Shown here piece by piece: positions 12,223 to 25,540 of a stretch of DNA of 64,000 bases. Source of the stretch: Asterionella formosa (Eukaryota); NCBI GenBank assembly GCA_002256025.1, contig NKIB01012863.1, forward strand, positions 1 to 64,000, read 5' to 3'. Below the pieces are notes generated by a model that saw only the letters and a program-made list of their open reading frames with translations, did no database searches and was not told the DNA's origin. Within the stretch, counting starts at the first letter, position 1, and every line of letters starts with the position of its first letter. Position numbers and translations under genes: made by a program.

Positions 12223-13285
12223 AATGGCAAATATTTCGAGTGCTACACCAAGGAATGGAACGATAATGGTTGTGAAGGGGATACCGATTGCAGATTGTTT
12301 CTATGGCGTATTTCATGTCTGTTCAAGAGACAACGGAAGAGTAAGGAACGACTCTTACTGGTTAGATACTTTGATCATGATGACAAAGGCAAGGAGACAA
12401 GAGGCTAGATGACAGTGTCCTGGATTTTGTTCTCAACAAATTCTATGTGGTCCTAGTGTCTGGCTTGTTTAACAAAACATCATTTGGAACTTCAAGAAAA
12501 TTTCGGTAACATATAGGACCAGCGATGATTTTATGGAAGACTCACTTTCCTCGAAATTTTAGATTACATCAGAAAGACAACAATATGCCGCCAAATGCAG
12601 CAGAAATAGAAGACTTTCTATGGTTCATCACTGATTCATTATGGTTAATCAAAACAGTTCTGAGAACAGATAACTTCCTTTATGTTATCGACGGAATTTA
12701 ACAGAATGCGTGTTTTTCCTCAATCTATCTTTCCTTCCAGATGAGTTTTTTGGAATGGAAGAAATAAACGATCCATTTTTACATGTGGCAAAATCATTTT
12801 GTACTTCCGAGAAAATATATTACCCTCCTATTCGTTTGTTGAAACAAACATTCAAAACATCTGCAAAATACAAAGAACTTGTAAATACCATGGAAGGAAA
12901 AGCCATGCGAGTGTTTCCTTTCAATAATTATGCTGACAGCTTAAAATATTCAAAGCTGGATCTGCCAAATGTAAAACTATTTTGGCATATGATAAAGTCC
13001 TTGTTAATAGTACCAGGTTCCGATGATGTCTCCACCAATAACGACAGAGTTATACCACACACTGCCACTATGTTGTTCACCAATTCTGGAAAGAATGGCT
13101 ACCCAAAACCTCAGAAACAACACCAAGATTATACACCAACAGAATGCGAGAGGGAAACACCTATGCCTTGGGGAATGATAATGTCGTTGTCTTTAGGAGG
13201 GAACTGCTTAAATGTATGGGATAATTGTGCGGATGAGAAACATGCAATATATTTGTCCATACAGTGCCTGCAAGAGATCTTGTAG
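12223..13285 (+). pseudogene. Transposon-borne ORF with a 2OG-Fe(II) dioxygenase-like C-terminal motif (broken)
   Basis: Fragmented ORFs; 12710-13285 contains PQKQHQDY...PWGMIMSLSLGGNCLNVW, resembling the HxD strand of a DSBH fold. Truncated before any distal His. Confidence 0.45.
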
Positions 13286-13348
13286 TGAATTGAGAGCCAA
13301 AAACATATCTGTTTTGATAATCACAGGAATAGCAATCTTTTAGTAAGA

Positions 13349-13654
13349 TCAAACAAAGGCAGAAACACGATCTGCATTTCTTTCTGGGAGGTTGGTTTTC
13401 AGCTCCTCTCTACTCCAAAGGTCTTTGAACTGACCCCTTCCCCTCAACAGAGACTCCAAATATCCAATGCTTCCATTCATGGATGGATCGCCATGATAAA
13501 GTATATATTTTTTATTCTGAAGATTTTTGATCGTCATTGTTGGCCCTCCTGATACCTTGTCCAGATCAGCAACAGCAATAGTTCGTTGCAACTCCTTTTG
13601 CCATGATGCAGAGGGAGAAAGAGATCTCTTGGCTGTAAGGGGTGCTGGTGCCAT
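13349..13654 (-). pseudogene. Truncated accessory ORF near the right end of the Harbinger element
   Basis: ORF starting MAPAPLTAKRSLSPS points inward from the right TIR, the usual place for a Harbinger second gene; domain not recognised. Confidence 0.35.
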
Positions 13655-13931
13655 GATCAAGGATGTTGATTGGCGATCGACAGTTGTTGTTATTGTGTAC
13701 CTGGTAATATGTACTTGGAGTATATATTTACGACTCTTTATTAAATATATACATACTGGTGTGTAGTTGGATGACAACTAGACAGGAGCATCGCTCAAAT
13801 TGCGGGAAAAACTAACTCATTCCCAAATAGGAATCATAATATTTCATTTATAAAAATAGTCTAATAGAAATATTTTACTTTTTTAATAATGGTTTTGTCA
13901 TCCTACGTCACAGTAGATGGGTGGTTGACTG

Positions 13932-14282
13932 CATTTAGGATTTCCCAAAAACCGATAGCATCGTCTTTGCGTCAGTCCGACCAAAACCAAAAGCAATTCA
14001 AAAATAAGTTTTTGAGTTTTGGTTTGGGTCAATGGTTAGCAATGGCCTTAGCTACAACAGTATGTAGATATTGAATAATTAAACCCGGTTCCTTGTACCA
14101 GTCATACATTTAGGATTTCCCAAAAACCGATAGCATCGTTTTTGCGTCAGTCCGACCAAAACCAAAACCAATTCAAAAATAAGTTTTTGGGTTTTGGTTT
14201 GGGTCAACGGTTAGCAATGGCTGGCCTTACAACAGTATGTAGATATTGAATAATTAAACCCGGTTCCTTGTACCAGTCATAC
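13932..14282. repeat. 175-bp tandem duplication spanning the right TIR and its flank
   Basis: CATTTAGGATTTCCC...GTACCAGTCATAC at 13932 and 14107, with a few differences. Confidence 0.9.
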
Positions 14283-14769
14283 ACAAAAAAAATTAAATCC
14301 CATCCTCATTCATGTACCATTGGTACCTAGTATATAGTGTAGAGTCTAGAATCATACCGGTATAAGTGGAAACGCCTGTATGTATCGGTTTTGTCTCCGC
14401 ATATCAAATCCGACTACTCATACTGTACTACTATGTAGCCTGACACGTAGCTAATAGTAGCTAGCTAGCACCAGATATCTGTAAAATCAAACAAGTTGCT
14501 TTAATTTTTCTGCTATGATATGAATGTCAAGATAAGATGCAACGGAAAGCCTGGTAAACTTGCTTGAAATAAATATTAAGCTTCACTACAGACAGCATTG
14601 AGATAATAGAGAGGAATCAGAGGATAACAAACGGCTTAAAATGAAGGTGATGGATTCATTCAAGACAGACATCATGATGCTATCATGTTAGTAAAAAAGG
14701 AAGGAGTAGATGTTTCCAAAGTGGTCTGCTCCATGTTGGGTCACAAGGAAGATGCAGTGGTGCAAATGC

Positions 14770-15350
14770 TGGCTGGGATGATGATCTTCTTAACAAAATA
14801 TTGCCATCGGGTAAATTCACGAACACAAAGTCGCCATTAAAGTCAGTAACAGCAGCATATAGAATAGGGCCATTACCACTTGGACCCTATAGAGTTACAG
14901 TCACACCGCCCACCAAGTTAGTGTCTTCACTATCATTGTTGTTGGTATCTTCCTTGACACTTCTGGAAATTGATCCAAGCAAAAAGTACCTGTAGAGGCA
15001 GCCACACACACTTGGAGCACTGATGGGGTGCTGGTCATTGAAACAAATGTTCAAAACATTTGCAGCACTTGTATTTACAAAAATTGTGCTGCTGCCAACA
15101 TTGAAAAATCCAGGAGGTGTCTGTTTGACAATTGTGTACCAGTACATGCCTGGAGAAGCATTCAATAGCACCACCAATCTCAACATCGCTGCCGTAGTCA
15201 TTATTGGTATCTTCAAGCACCTGTTTACTGATCTTATGTGAAGGCTCATCACCAATGAAATCTCCAATAATCTTGTTCTCACTGCCACAATGCTTGACGT
15301 CTATTTTGCTATCAAAATGCCACACCCAAGCGATCTGAAACATCAACATA
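14770..15350 (-). pseudogene. SdrD B-like repeat protein fragment (frameshifted)
   Basis: Two decayed repeats: SISKQVLEDTNND and GSISRSVKEDTNNNDSEDTNLVGGVTVTL...TDFNGDFVFVNLPDG, plus YTIVKQTPPGF. Confidence 0.65.
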
Positions 15351-15979
15351 TCCGACTGGACTGAGGGTCGTCGGCGCTGTTGCTGAGCGTCCTCACTACG
15401 AGAATCCCTTGTGTCTTATTGGGGAAAATGAGAGGATGAACCATGATCATGGTGAACAAAGCAATGCGGCAGTGGTCCAGCATCGAGCATTTAGTTTTTA
15501 TCCATTTGAGACAACTTCCTGGTACTGTATTATGATGTAAATCGTGGAATGGAACGCCGGCAAGGTAATATATGAAATTGCTTAAAAGTAAAACACCGGC
15601 AAGGTAATATATGAATTCTTATAAATGTATATATTGTTTAATACATCACAAGAAAATATCGAAGAACGATCAAGGGGGTGGAGAGATAGGCTAAAACTTG
15701 GTACTCGAGTGGTATTGTTGTTCACGCGTTCAAGTGTTCTCGTCACCCTTCAAGGACTGATACACTATGATACAATTCTGACACTAACTTTAATGGCAAA
15801 ATTCTTAAAATTCCCCTTGCTGAGTCAAAGTCCCCATTTGCAACCCAGTAATCCCCATCCTCTTAAATTCCCTTTCGCGCGTGAAATACCAGATACAAGT
15901 GAACAAACCGGTGTTTCATCAACACCATGCCGATCATCGATTGCTGATGCTATGATGAATAGCGAGTTCATTCGCGTTC

Positions 15980-16507
15980 TTACTTCAAAATGGTTGCTGC
16001 ACCTGCTAAGTTTCCTCTATCCAAGAAATTGCTTTGTGCCAGCGAATGAACTCCTTGAAAGTTGACATTGTGCTTTGGGACCACGGAAACAGCATCTAAG
16101 GCTTGCATGTCTACTAAACCCTTATCCAATTCCAAGAACGTGGGAGTATCATGTTGTAGAGAGAACCCATAAATGTCAACTTCCACACCTTGATCTGAAT
16201 TTGGGAATTTAATCAACTTTCCCTTTTTCTGGTAGGCCAATTTAATGAACTGACACCATCCTGAATAGTACTTGCGACGGTTCAAGTCGCCACCAGCAAT
16301 GCCCTTGATGAGTTCCGATCGCCCGCCGGCTTGTTTAAATTTAAACCCTTGAATGGATTCTCCTTCTCCAGGGCACCAAAAGCCTACTGCATTTTCTGGA
16401 ACAGGACCTCGACTGTAAATGAGCATGAGCTTTCCGCCCGAATCAGATTCGTACACCAAGTAGCAGCCCTCGGGGCCATCGTCGTTCTTCTTTTCTTCAT
16501 CCGTCAT
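15980..16507 (-). CDS. Hypothetical protein (175 aa from MTDEEKK)
   Basis: Long clean ORF with globular-looking sequence; family not recognised. Confidence 0.75.
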   Translation of the reverse strand: MTDEEKKNDDGPEGCYLVYESDSGGKLMLIYSRGPVPENAVGFWCPGEGESIQGFKFKQAGGRSELIKGIAGGDLNRRKYYSGWCQFIKLAYQKKGKLIKFPNSDQGVEVDIYGFSLQHDTPTFLELDKGLVDMQALDAVSVVPKHNVNFQGVHSLAQSNFLDRGNLAGAATILK

Positions 16508-18299
16508 TTTTACTGTCCCGTTGTCCGTATAAAATGACTGTGGTCGACAAATCAATAGAGAGAATGGATGAAAGAGCTGCAAAGAATGGAGTGGTTACTA
16601 CCGGTAGCTATCTGAAGTCTACGTGAGAGGAAGAGTTTGAATTGCAACGGCTATTATAAAATCATATAGGATAGTACGAAGAAATGACACCAAGGAGTTG
16701 GGCTTCTGGTATCCATGGCAGTGGTGCAAGTGTCGTACACCGTACCTGGTACCGGTAGTACGTTTATACTCCTACATAGGACATGAGGCATAGAAACGTA
16801 TGCACAACCAGAAGCATTGCTTCAACGTATTTGTGTATGGACCTGGTACCCCCGGTAGTTCCAGATGTTTACTAAGAAAATACTATTCTCCGCATAATTT
16901 TGGTCGTTGGATCTCGTCCAGTAGCATGGGCGAAACATGATACGGTAGCTAGTAGACTCTACCGTTTACATTCTTAGCGTACATACATCTCAGACTGGAC
17001 TTCTTTTGTTGTTCTGATGTCAGAGTGATACAAGGTTCTGGAAAATGGCGATGCTTGCTTGCATGATAAATTCTATAATTATAGAGTACAGCAGCCGCTT
17101 CACGCGATGCAGGAGTGGGTGGTGCCTTGGTACTTGCTATAAGTAAAAGCAAAGTAGACAGTGGTACCAACAAATTGCGCAAACTTGGAAATAATATCTA
17201 GGGATGTGTATGTCGTTGTGCCAGCAACAAAAGTGATTCCAATTCCAAATTGATCCATGTGTGTCTCATTGAAATCCGTTTAATCAACAAACCCAGCCTG
17301 CTGAGTTGCACCAAATTATATTTAGCTGTAATCTCATTAGCCAACAACTTAGACAAATCTATTTTGCTTGTTGTGCCATTCGCTTCCATACATTTTCCGT
17401 AAAGTAGGACCATTTTGCTAAGAGTTGTTTGCTTGAAGTTGAAATTTTGCATATTGTGTGATATTGCCACTTCCACCCAACTGCCATGCATCACACGCAC
17501 CTGATATAGGTGGCATGTGCATCTTGACATATTTCTTTAGCTAGGGGTATGTCTGGTGTACAACTCTTTCTATTATTGCAGTGGTGGTAATGTTGTCGGA
17601 AGCAAGGTTCAGTGAGATGAACAATTGGTTGGGAAAATTGATTTCGCAAAACTGACAGGCAATCTTTTCAGCATAAAATGTTTGTCTGGATTGTTGATGA
17701 TGATGTTTTCAAGAGATTCTTTTTCTTGAATAAATGAAATCAATAAAACATTGATTTCTTGTTGTTTTAATCGATTTCTTGTCAGACTAAGCAGAAAGTG
17801 TTTTAGCTGAAGTCAAATATCTCGCTGGCTCCTCCATTTTCTCAGTTTCAACGTTCTTATCAGCATATGTTGATTGTTGCTTCTCGTCCTTGTTGGCTGG
17901 GTATCACTGGTAAAGTGATATAAATAGTAAATACTTGGACAGAGTCGCAAATATTAGTAGATGAATTGTTGTCATCTTCTACTGATAAATCATCTTGATG
18001 ATTAGGGAGACTTTCATGGAATTCAACTTGGTCTTTTGGAATAGACGAAAAAACACTTACTTAGATTGACATATGAATCGAAATTAGTTTCAACATATTT
18101 GTCCTTGCCGGGAATGTCTTTTACATTTTCGGTTCTTTCATTTTTCGTGATCAATTTTTTAACGAATTCTTTCCTACTATCACTGGTTTGGTGGTCATCA
18201 TTAGCAAAAATACTAGTAAAAGGGAAAGGAGCGAAATAGTGGCTAAGCTAAGATAGCATCACTTTATAATAACTTAGAAATTTTAAACTGCCCCTCTTT

Positions 18300-21200
18300 G
18301 TATTTGGTGACGACATTTAGGAGGCGATTTCTAACTTTCTTAATATTGACTTATATTGGTAGCCCTTCTCTGGGTGGTGCCTATAGCCAGAGATGAAGAG
18401 CCACCACACAGAAGGGCTACCAGTTAAAGTCAATGTTGAGAGAGCTATTAACAGAGGGGTAATTTTTTCTTCTGATGCTGATGCAATGAAAAAATATGTA
18501 GCATAGCTATATTTCTTATATATGGCCAAAATAAAGTTCATATTGCCCTGGCATCCAAATCCCATCTGTAGGCTGAGGTAGTAATAGAGACACACTCTCA
18601 AGATACCTCTCCCCTGGATAGAATTCCCTTGATCTAAGCTCATAAACCCCTTTATGATCATTCAAGCCAATGGGTAAACCAACAAACCCTTGGACCTTAT
18701 GAACCCCTATGCTTTACCTACTATAGCCAGCCACATGAATGTGAAATCGACTTCTAATGCACTTTCTCTCGTGAATAGTCTTGCCAGACTTCCATTTAGT
18801 GTGTTGCTCACATGGCTTGAGTGTAAGCTGATAGAAACGATTCACATTACAAATTAACATCTGCATAATTTTGCTTCATTGCCATGCATGGTCAGGACCC
18901 TCCTGCTTTTTCTTTTTCCACCCATCTATTGATTGTATCAATATCAACTACACTGACTCCTTTTGATAGTGCTTGTGAATCAGATCCTTGACTAGAAGAA
19001 TGTGGGGAAGGCATCATACTTGCTTTCGATGTCATTAGGCACACTGTTATGAATGTCCTTAAAGAAAAATGAAGGGTCTTTGGAATAAATGCACGTAAGT
19101 GCCTCATGTAGAAGCTCATTCAACGCCGATAAAGTTTGAACGCGACCATTCTCATCGCAGATAGCTGGTCTGTCTTTGAGATTTTTTCATGTCTAATCCT
19201 GATGAGTCGCTGTAACCACATATGCACTTTGACGCCAGAAGATGTGACATTCACAGAGGGCAACAGAGGGGAACAGGTGTTCCCTAGCCTAATGCTCGCC
19301 TTTGCTTGATAGTAGTACCAAAATAGGGGATAATAACGACATATTGATGGTTTCTTGACAGATGTAATTTCTTGAATACTTCAGGTCCAAGGGAACCTCA
19401 TTCCTCGCTTAAACTGTTGAAAAAGTTCTACTCCAAAAAGCATCTAAACACACCTTGCTTGCGAATACAGGCCAAAAGAAGATTATATTTGGCATTATTT
19501 GAAGTTGGTTCAGCATTTCTGAGCTTCCTGAAGATACAGAGGTCACACCGCCCAAATGGAATAATTAGATGATCTCCTCATCTCGCTCGTCTGCTGCTCG
19601 AAGGGTAACCGGTTTCTTAGCCTTAGATTGTTTAAACGGTTAATCTTCGTAATTTTTAGCTACCTTGTTGTGTATGTGGAACATGACTTCGTTGTTAAGA
19701 GAAATATAACAAGACACCACACGATGTTGCAGCAGCCAGCAGGGTAGCCGTATTCCGCCCGATATTGCTCGAGAAGTTTGCGCAAAAGATTCCTGTCTTC
19801 TACTTCTTCATTGCTCCACATACTTTGCAACTGCTGCGAAGCAGCGAAAAGTTTTGGGTAGTTCTTGATAGTCCAGGGGTGGTACCTGACAAAAGGGACG
19901 AGAATTCCGATCCGATAGGGTTCAAACATCAGTCGTCCTTTAGGCCACACATGGCAACCCACTGATAAGGTGAACACCACCAGGTCAGCTGCTTTGAACA
20001 ATTACTTCATCCATGATGGTGTCATCAATCGAGGGTACTAGATAAAAATGAGGGTGGACTGTTGTCTTTTTATGCGAGCTTTGCGGAGTTCTTCTAAAGC
20101 TTCTGAGGCAGCTGATGCTGGGGGTGCTCCTGGGGCCCAAAGAAAAGTTCCGATTTCGAAGGTTGGTCTCGAAAACCCATCATGGATCAGATTAAAGTAA
20201 AAGTAAATTTTTTATTGTTCATTAAAGCTATCCAATCATTGCACTTATGTCCACTTGAATGGAAACAATTAGTACCGGTTTTAATCAGTCAAATGTATGG
20301 TACAACAAGATCTGTGGCTTTGTCAGCCAGCCTCACCCACCGGAACCCTACTAGGGAATACATAAAAGAAATTTCAGGTGGAGAATGCAGGAATCGAATC
20401 CGTCACCTCATGAGTTGTGCTAACCAATTAAGCCAATCCCCGCCCATCATGATTCAAATATCCGCCACTGATATCATCATGGCCTCTCTCGAACCAACCA
20501 GATGGATAAAGAATTTCCAACTAGTCCCCTCCCCAAGCCTGGATCCAGGCAGGGTTCCAACATGGGAGAGCATTCCAGACCTGACAAATGAAATGGGATG
20601 AATTTTTGCATTGGAGTCCCGTCCATAACGCCTTCTGTGGCTGACAAGACCAGCCACCACCAGCATGAGAGATCCCATCTGTACCTTGTGAAATCATTCT
20701 CCTCCCTGAGACACAATGTGAAATTGTTAGGTTTTTTCAATGCTAGTTCTGTAGGAGATGAAGACTTCTTACTACCAACTAAAGAATCTTTTTACAGCCA
20801 GATGTCCCATGACAGTATAATGGTACTTCCACTGTTGCATTGTCTGTGAAAGAAAACTTCCAAAGCAGTCAAATTTCCATTATTGGGTTCGCCTCTAGAG
20901 CTTCCACAATATTGGTGAAATCTCACAAATTGGAACTTTCTTCTGTGTCTGTATAATTCCATACTTCAATGCGAAATGCCAAGACATTTCTCCGCTGGAT
21001 AGCACAATCAAATCCGGAACCATAAGGCATCCCCAAACAAGAAGCCAAATGCAACCATATGAACAGTTGAGGCTCTTGCTTGAATTTCTGGTGGATGAAC
21101 CAGCTGGAAATTTTTCCAGAAAGCCTCCATTTCATCCCACAGTCGTGGAACTGGATGGACTTGAGCTGAAGGTGAGGACTTGTTTGGGAGTGATTCTTGA

Positions 21201-23460
21201 ATTCTTTCCAGGACTTCCTCATAATTCAAACCTCCATCTTCAATCTCTGCCTGTAAATATGTGGGCCAACCTTTGTCGTCCACCCATCCCCCCCCCCCCT
21301 CTGCCTCTGTAGCCGCCAAGGTTCCAGAGTAAGATGGATAACTTTCAAAAATGGCAGATTGGCTGCTTGTCATGCCAAGATGCATGTACTAGGAAACTGA
21401 CCTTGTTTGCTCTCCAAATCCTTGTGATCTAATACCGCAGAAGGAGCGAGGTCCATTACCATCCTTGCACAAAAGTGTTTCCAAATGCACTATGGCATTT
21501 TTTGGGAATTAGTTTTTCTTAAAGCGATGCGAAGTCTCTAGTCGCGTGAGGAACATGTAGTGTATTGTTACATGCTATGTGTATTTCTATATTTAACTTC
21601 AAAATGACCTACTCAAGATTCCATAGAAATACTAACTGCGAGAATTATAACGTACATGGTATTTTCTTGCATTTCAAGATGATGCGCCATCTCCGAAGTT
21701 AATATCGCTCAAGTTTTCTCATTTGTTTGAACATTAGATAGAAATAATTATCTATTAAATAAATAATTATCTATTAAATGTTTTTACGCTAGGCATCATG
21801 GACTCAAAACTGTCGCTACTTTGGTCATATCTTCAAAAACTGAGCAAAAGACGATGAAAACAAGTTCTAGAAGCAATTTCTAATTTTTGTCGTCAATATT
21901 GGTGCAAAAAGTTTTGTTATCGAGCGGTTAGCTCATCTATGTAAGGCTTGATATATGTACGAAAAAGCAATAGTTAATTGTTATGTTTCGTGGAGATATT
22001 CAGTCCAATGATTTCGTCATGGTCACCAGGACGGAGTTGCTGTCTCAGCGTCCCCCAACTACATTCGGAACATCGTTCAGTACAAATCAAATTTACTTAC
22101 CGGTATGTATGTAGCTGTGTGAAACATATGTATTATTCCGGTATAAATATTCGTATTATTTGAAGTGGTACCAATAGTCCTGCGTATGGATATGAAACGA
22201 TGCATGCATATAACGGTAGTATATGATACCATAGGCAGAGCGGTGCAGCCCAACATGTGATGGATGTGTTGTACACCTTGTATGTGAATTACGTGCACGT
22301 AGACGTAGATGTTTACTACCGATAGTAAGAGAACCGGTATTGTATTATGATGTCGAGGCATGTCGATAACTTCTTATGTGGAATCGGATACCGGTACATT
22401 CTTATGCATCTGATTTTGTGTCGATTTGGACATCCAGTGCATATTCTCGATGATAATACAAAAATTGTAAATAATTCTCGATATTCCATTAGTAGACAAA
22501 ATAGTCATTCAAAATTTCTGTTATGAAAATATTCTATCATTGATAGAAATTATTCTCGATTTGCTTGCTACATATTTAGTAAAAAAAATAGAAATCACGA
22601 ATTCCCAAAAAAGGCAGTTGTGCATTTAGAAAAACTTTTGTGCAAAGATGGTATTTTCTCGAAGGAGCGATCTCTCAACACTTCACGCAAAGACTGGATT
22701 ATAAGTTTTCCCTTTTGCCATTTTACCGGAGTTACAGCTTTAATTATTGAGGTTGCTGCTGTGCAAAACAAACCTCCTTCGCAAGAGCCCGGGCACTGGG
22801 ATGGTAGACAACGTAGAATCCCTAAGAACTGAAATCTGGTTGCCAGTTGATGAGCAACTTGCCAAGCATTTTCTAAATTCGAAGCTTGTTATCCAAAGGT
22901 CATCCACAAAATGACCACATCTCATTCTTTGTTGTACTATTCCAATTCGTAACATGTGGTACGCTCGCAGAGTATGTTTCACTTCCAGGATGATTCAGGC
23001 ATACTTCATCCCAGCGCATTCTTGGGTTGTTTTGCTGGAGTCTGTCAATTCTAGCAAATTCTTCAGCCCAGAAAGAAAAGCTTACTGAATTGAAAGGACT
23101 TTGGATTTTAATCCCATGAACTGCCTCTCCCATTGTTTCCAGATTCTGATCGGTTGTGAGTCTAGCTACTCCCATACAATCACCAGCCAAACACAGCAGA
23201 GAGATCCACACCAGCCAGCATAAGTTTATATACGTAGGTCCAAAGGAAAATTTAAAAACTTAATGATCCAAAAGGAAGCAGACTTAAGGCTGTGTTGAGA
23301 GTGGGAGGCCAGAATCCTAGGTCCATGTCCACACAAAAAAGTAAGCAGTCTTAAGGCTGTGTTGAGAGTGGGGAGCCAGAATGATGGGGCCCACAAGAAG
23401 GACTCATTGAGCCCATAGCTTGTGCCATCATTATATATAGTTAACATCATTTTCATGGCG
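18300..23460 (-). mobile_element. Degenerate tyrosine-recombinase (DIRS-like) retrotransposon: RT, RNase H and YR remnants
   Basis: RT motifs GLNESFLWAPSFWLPT, FLNFPLD, RWDEVCLNHPG and FVDDL. RNase H tail LWAPGAPPASAASEALEELRKAR...FKAADLV. YR C-terminus GSDSQALSKGVSVVDIDTINRW. Many stops and frameshifts; boundaries approximate. Confidence 0.75.
21450..22660 (+). mobile_element. Non-autonomous MULE-like MITE (1211 bp) nested in the YR retrotransposon
   Basis: 10-bp TSD GAAGGAGCGA at 21440-21449 and 22661-22670. About 50-bp imperfect TIR TACCATCCTTGCACAAAAG / CTTTTGTGCAAAGATGGTA. Confidence 0.9.
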
Positions 23461-23699
23461 TCTTAAAAGCTATAATACTAGCTACTGGAATAGAATAGCT
23501 AGTTCGCGTGGCGCCCCTTGGCGACAGGTTCAGCAAGGATCAGTCCATCAGACGTGGTGACGCTCGTTTCTATTCTGTTATGATGTGTAGGGGGGTGGCA
23601 GCCATGAATTCAATTTGAATATTGAATTTTTCACATAGTTTTGTCAAACCTGACACCTTTTCGCCCGCATTGTCACAACGGAGAAACTAAGTACTAATG

Positions 23700-25540
23700 T
23701 ACGTAGCTGTTTTCAATGCAGTCAAAAAATCTTCAATCTTTGAAACAAGTTGTGACACTTCTTCTTAACAAAGAAACAAGATTTTCCAGTTAGTCATCAA
23801 CGAAAAGGATCCAATAGTCGTTTCCTAAAATCGACTTTTTATATGCACCGCTCATATCTGTGCATAAACATTCGCCCGGTTTAGTAGCCTGGCTCTTAGT
23901 AATTTTTGGACCATTTTTAGCCATAGCTAATCATGGGCATCCATCATAAACATACATCAGATCTGTCATTTTGATGCATACCAAGCGATTTCATGCATAG
24001 TAGCCCACAATGCTGCATCCCCAATATTTCCTATCACATTTAGTGTGAGCTTCATTAATGTCCCTACTGGTCATTTTTCGTGTGATGACCTCTGCAGATA
24101 AAATATCACTCCAAAATATCCCAATGATTGTGTTTGAAATCTAGCGTCTCAGTTTTTCCCATTTTTGTCAAAGTCATTTTGTTGTGCTTCATACCAAGAA
24201 GTTTTTCGTATTTACCATCACGGACAAAAGTACCAAAGCTGATAATATTTTTATTGAAGGTAATTGTATATAGGACTGTTTTAAAGCAAGAGTGTCTCAT
24301 TTGTCACTTTGTTTTGCATGCAGACATCTCAGCGTTCCTTGCAAATGACTTCTTTACCATACAACAACATGTGCATTGACTTCTTTCACATTTGTCATAT
24401 ACTTATTGCACATAGTAATATGACTGGTAGCGTCTACTATGTCTGCTAACCAACGTACATTTTCATCACTTGATGCGCAAATTTTAATCTCACTGTTTGT
24501 GATGCTTTCATGATGTGCTTGATTCATTTCTTCATCCACAATTTCAACCGTCACTCCAATAAATGCATTTTCTTTTCCCTCAAATGTAGTGTAGAACTCC
24601 GTGTCTTCAACATATTCATAGTCAAAAAACTTCTTGTTGTTTATAATCAAGTCAATTATTTCAAAATCATCTTCTGTATCAGACTTTTCTTCATGAATTT
24701 CGATCATTTCAAAAATACCAACAAACCTGCCAGTTTCTTTCTTTTCCTTCATTTTCTTTCCTCACAACAAAACTTAGCAATGATTTGTCCAGCGTACTTG
24801 CTGCAATTGAAAATTTTGACACCTTTGCCTTTCGTTTCTTTGTTTTCACCTACTGTATTGTTCTTCTTGGATTGGGAATCAGCTGCCTTGCGTCCTTATT
24901 TTCCACAATTCTTGCATAGTCCCTTGAATTTACCATTTGCAAATAAAGCAATCTCGTAGGTACTTGGATCCTTGAACTTCCTTTTGTATAATGCACGAAG
25001 TTTAGATGAATTCAATTCTGATAAAATAATGATAGTATTACCCATTCCTTCAATAGCTAGTAACAGTAGCTAATGAATTCACTACTATACTCTTTAGGTA
25101 ACTTATTCATCATGTGCGCAGTGACTTTAACCTCTTTCTTTTCGCATGACATATTAATTTGATGCATCCTATTCCTGATGTTATCGAGAGTAATGAACCA
25201 TTCATCTGAGTCTGCTTTAGTACTCTCCAAAGTACAATTGTTGAATTCGCCAGTTAGCTGAATCAAATCAGTACTAAATTGATGAGGAGCATAGCAATCC
25301 TACAAATATGACTGCCTGGTGAGAAAAGCATCTCCATCCATCAAACCATCTGTCTTGGCTGAGTTCACAATCTCAAATGCAATCCCACTGACACTAAGAA
25401 TCAATAGTTGATATTATCATGCCTTGTCATTCAACTCATACTTCTTCTTCTTGTCATCATCAGTCGACACCAAATATGCATCATCATCATAGATTGGCTT
25501 TGTGTCTTTGGCATACACATGCCTAAAACCTTTAGATTTC
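23700..25540 (-). pseudogene. Degenerate Ty1/Copia gag-protease fragment
   Basis: Gag-like DEWFITLDNIRNRM...HMMNKLPKEY, a decayed zinc knuckle FKGLCKNCGK*GRKAAD, and protease WLADIVDATSHIT. Confidence 0.8.

Larger units (their letters stand above)
8968..14047 (+). mobile_element. PIF/Harbinger DNA transposon (~5.1 kb, degenerate)
   Basis: TIRs GGCTGTTGCTAACGG and TGGTTAGCAATGGCC with a TTA TSD on both sides; contains a decayed Harbinger-type DDE transposase. Confidence 0.9.

Noticed and set aside
16949..18300. Short ORFs left of the YR element
   Set aside because: AT-rich, fragmented and without recognisable domains.
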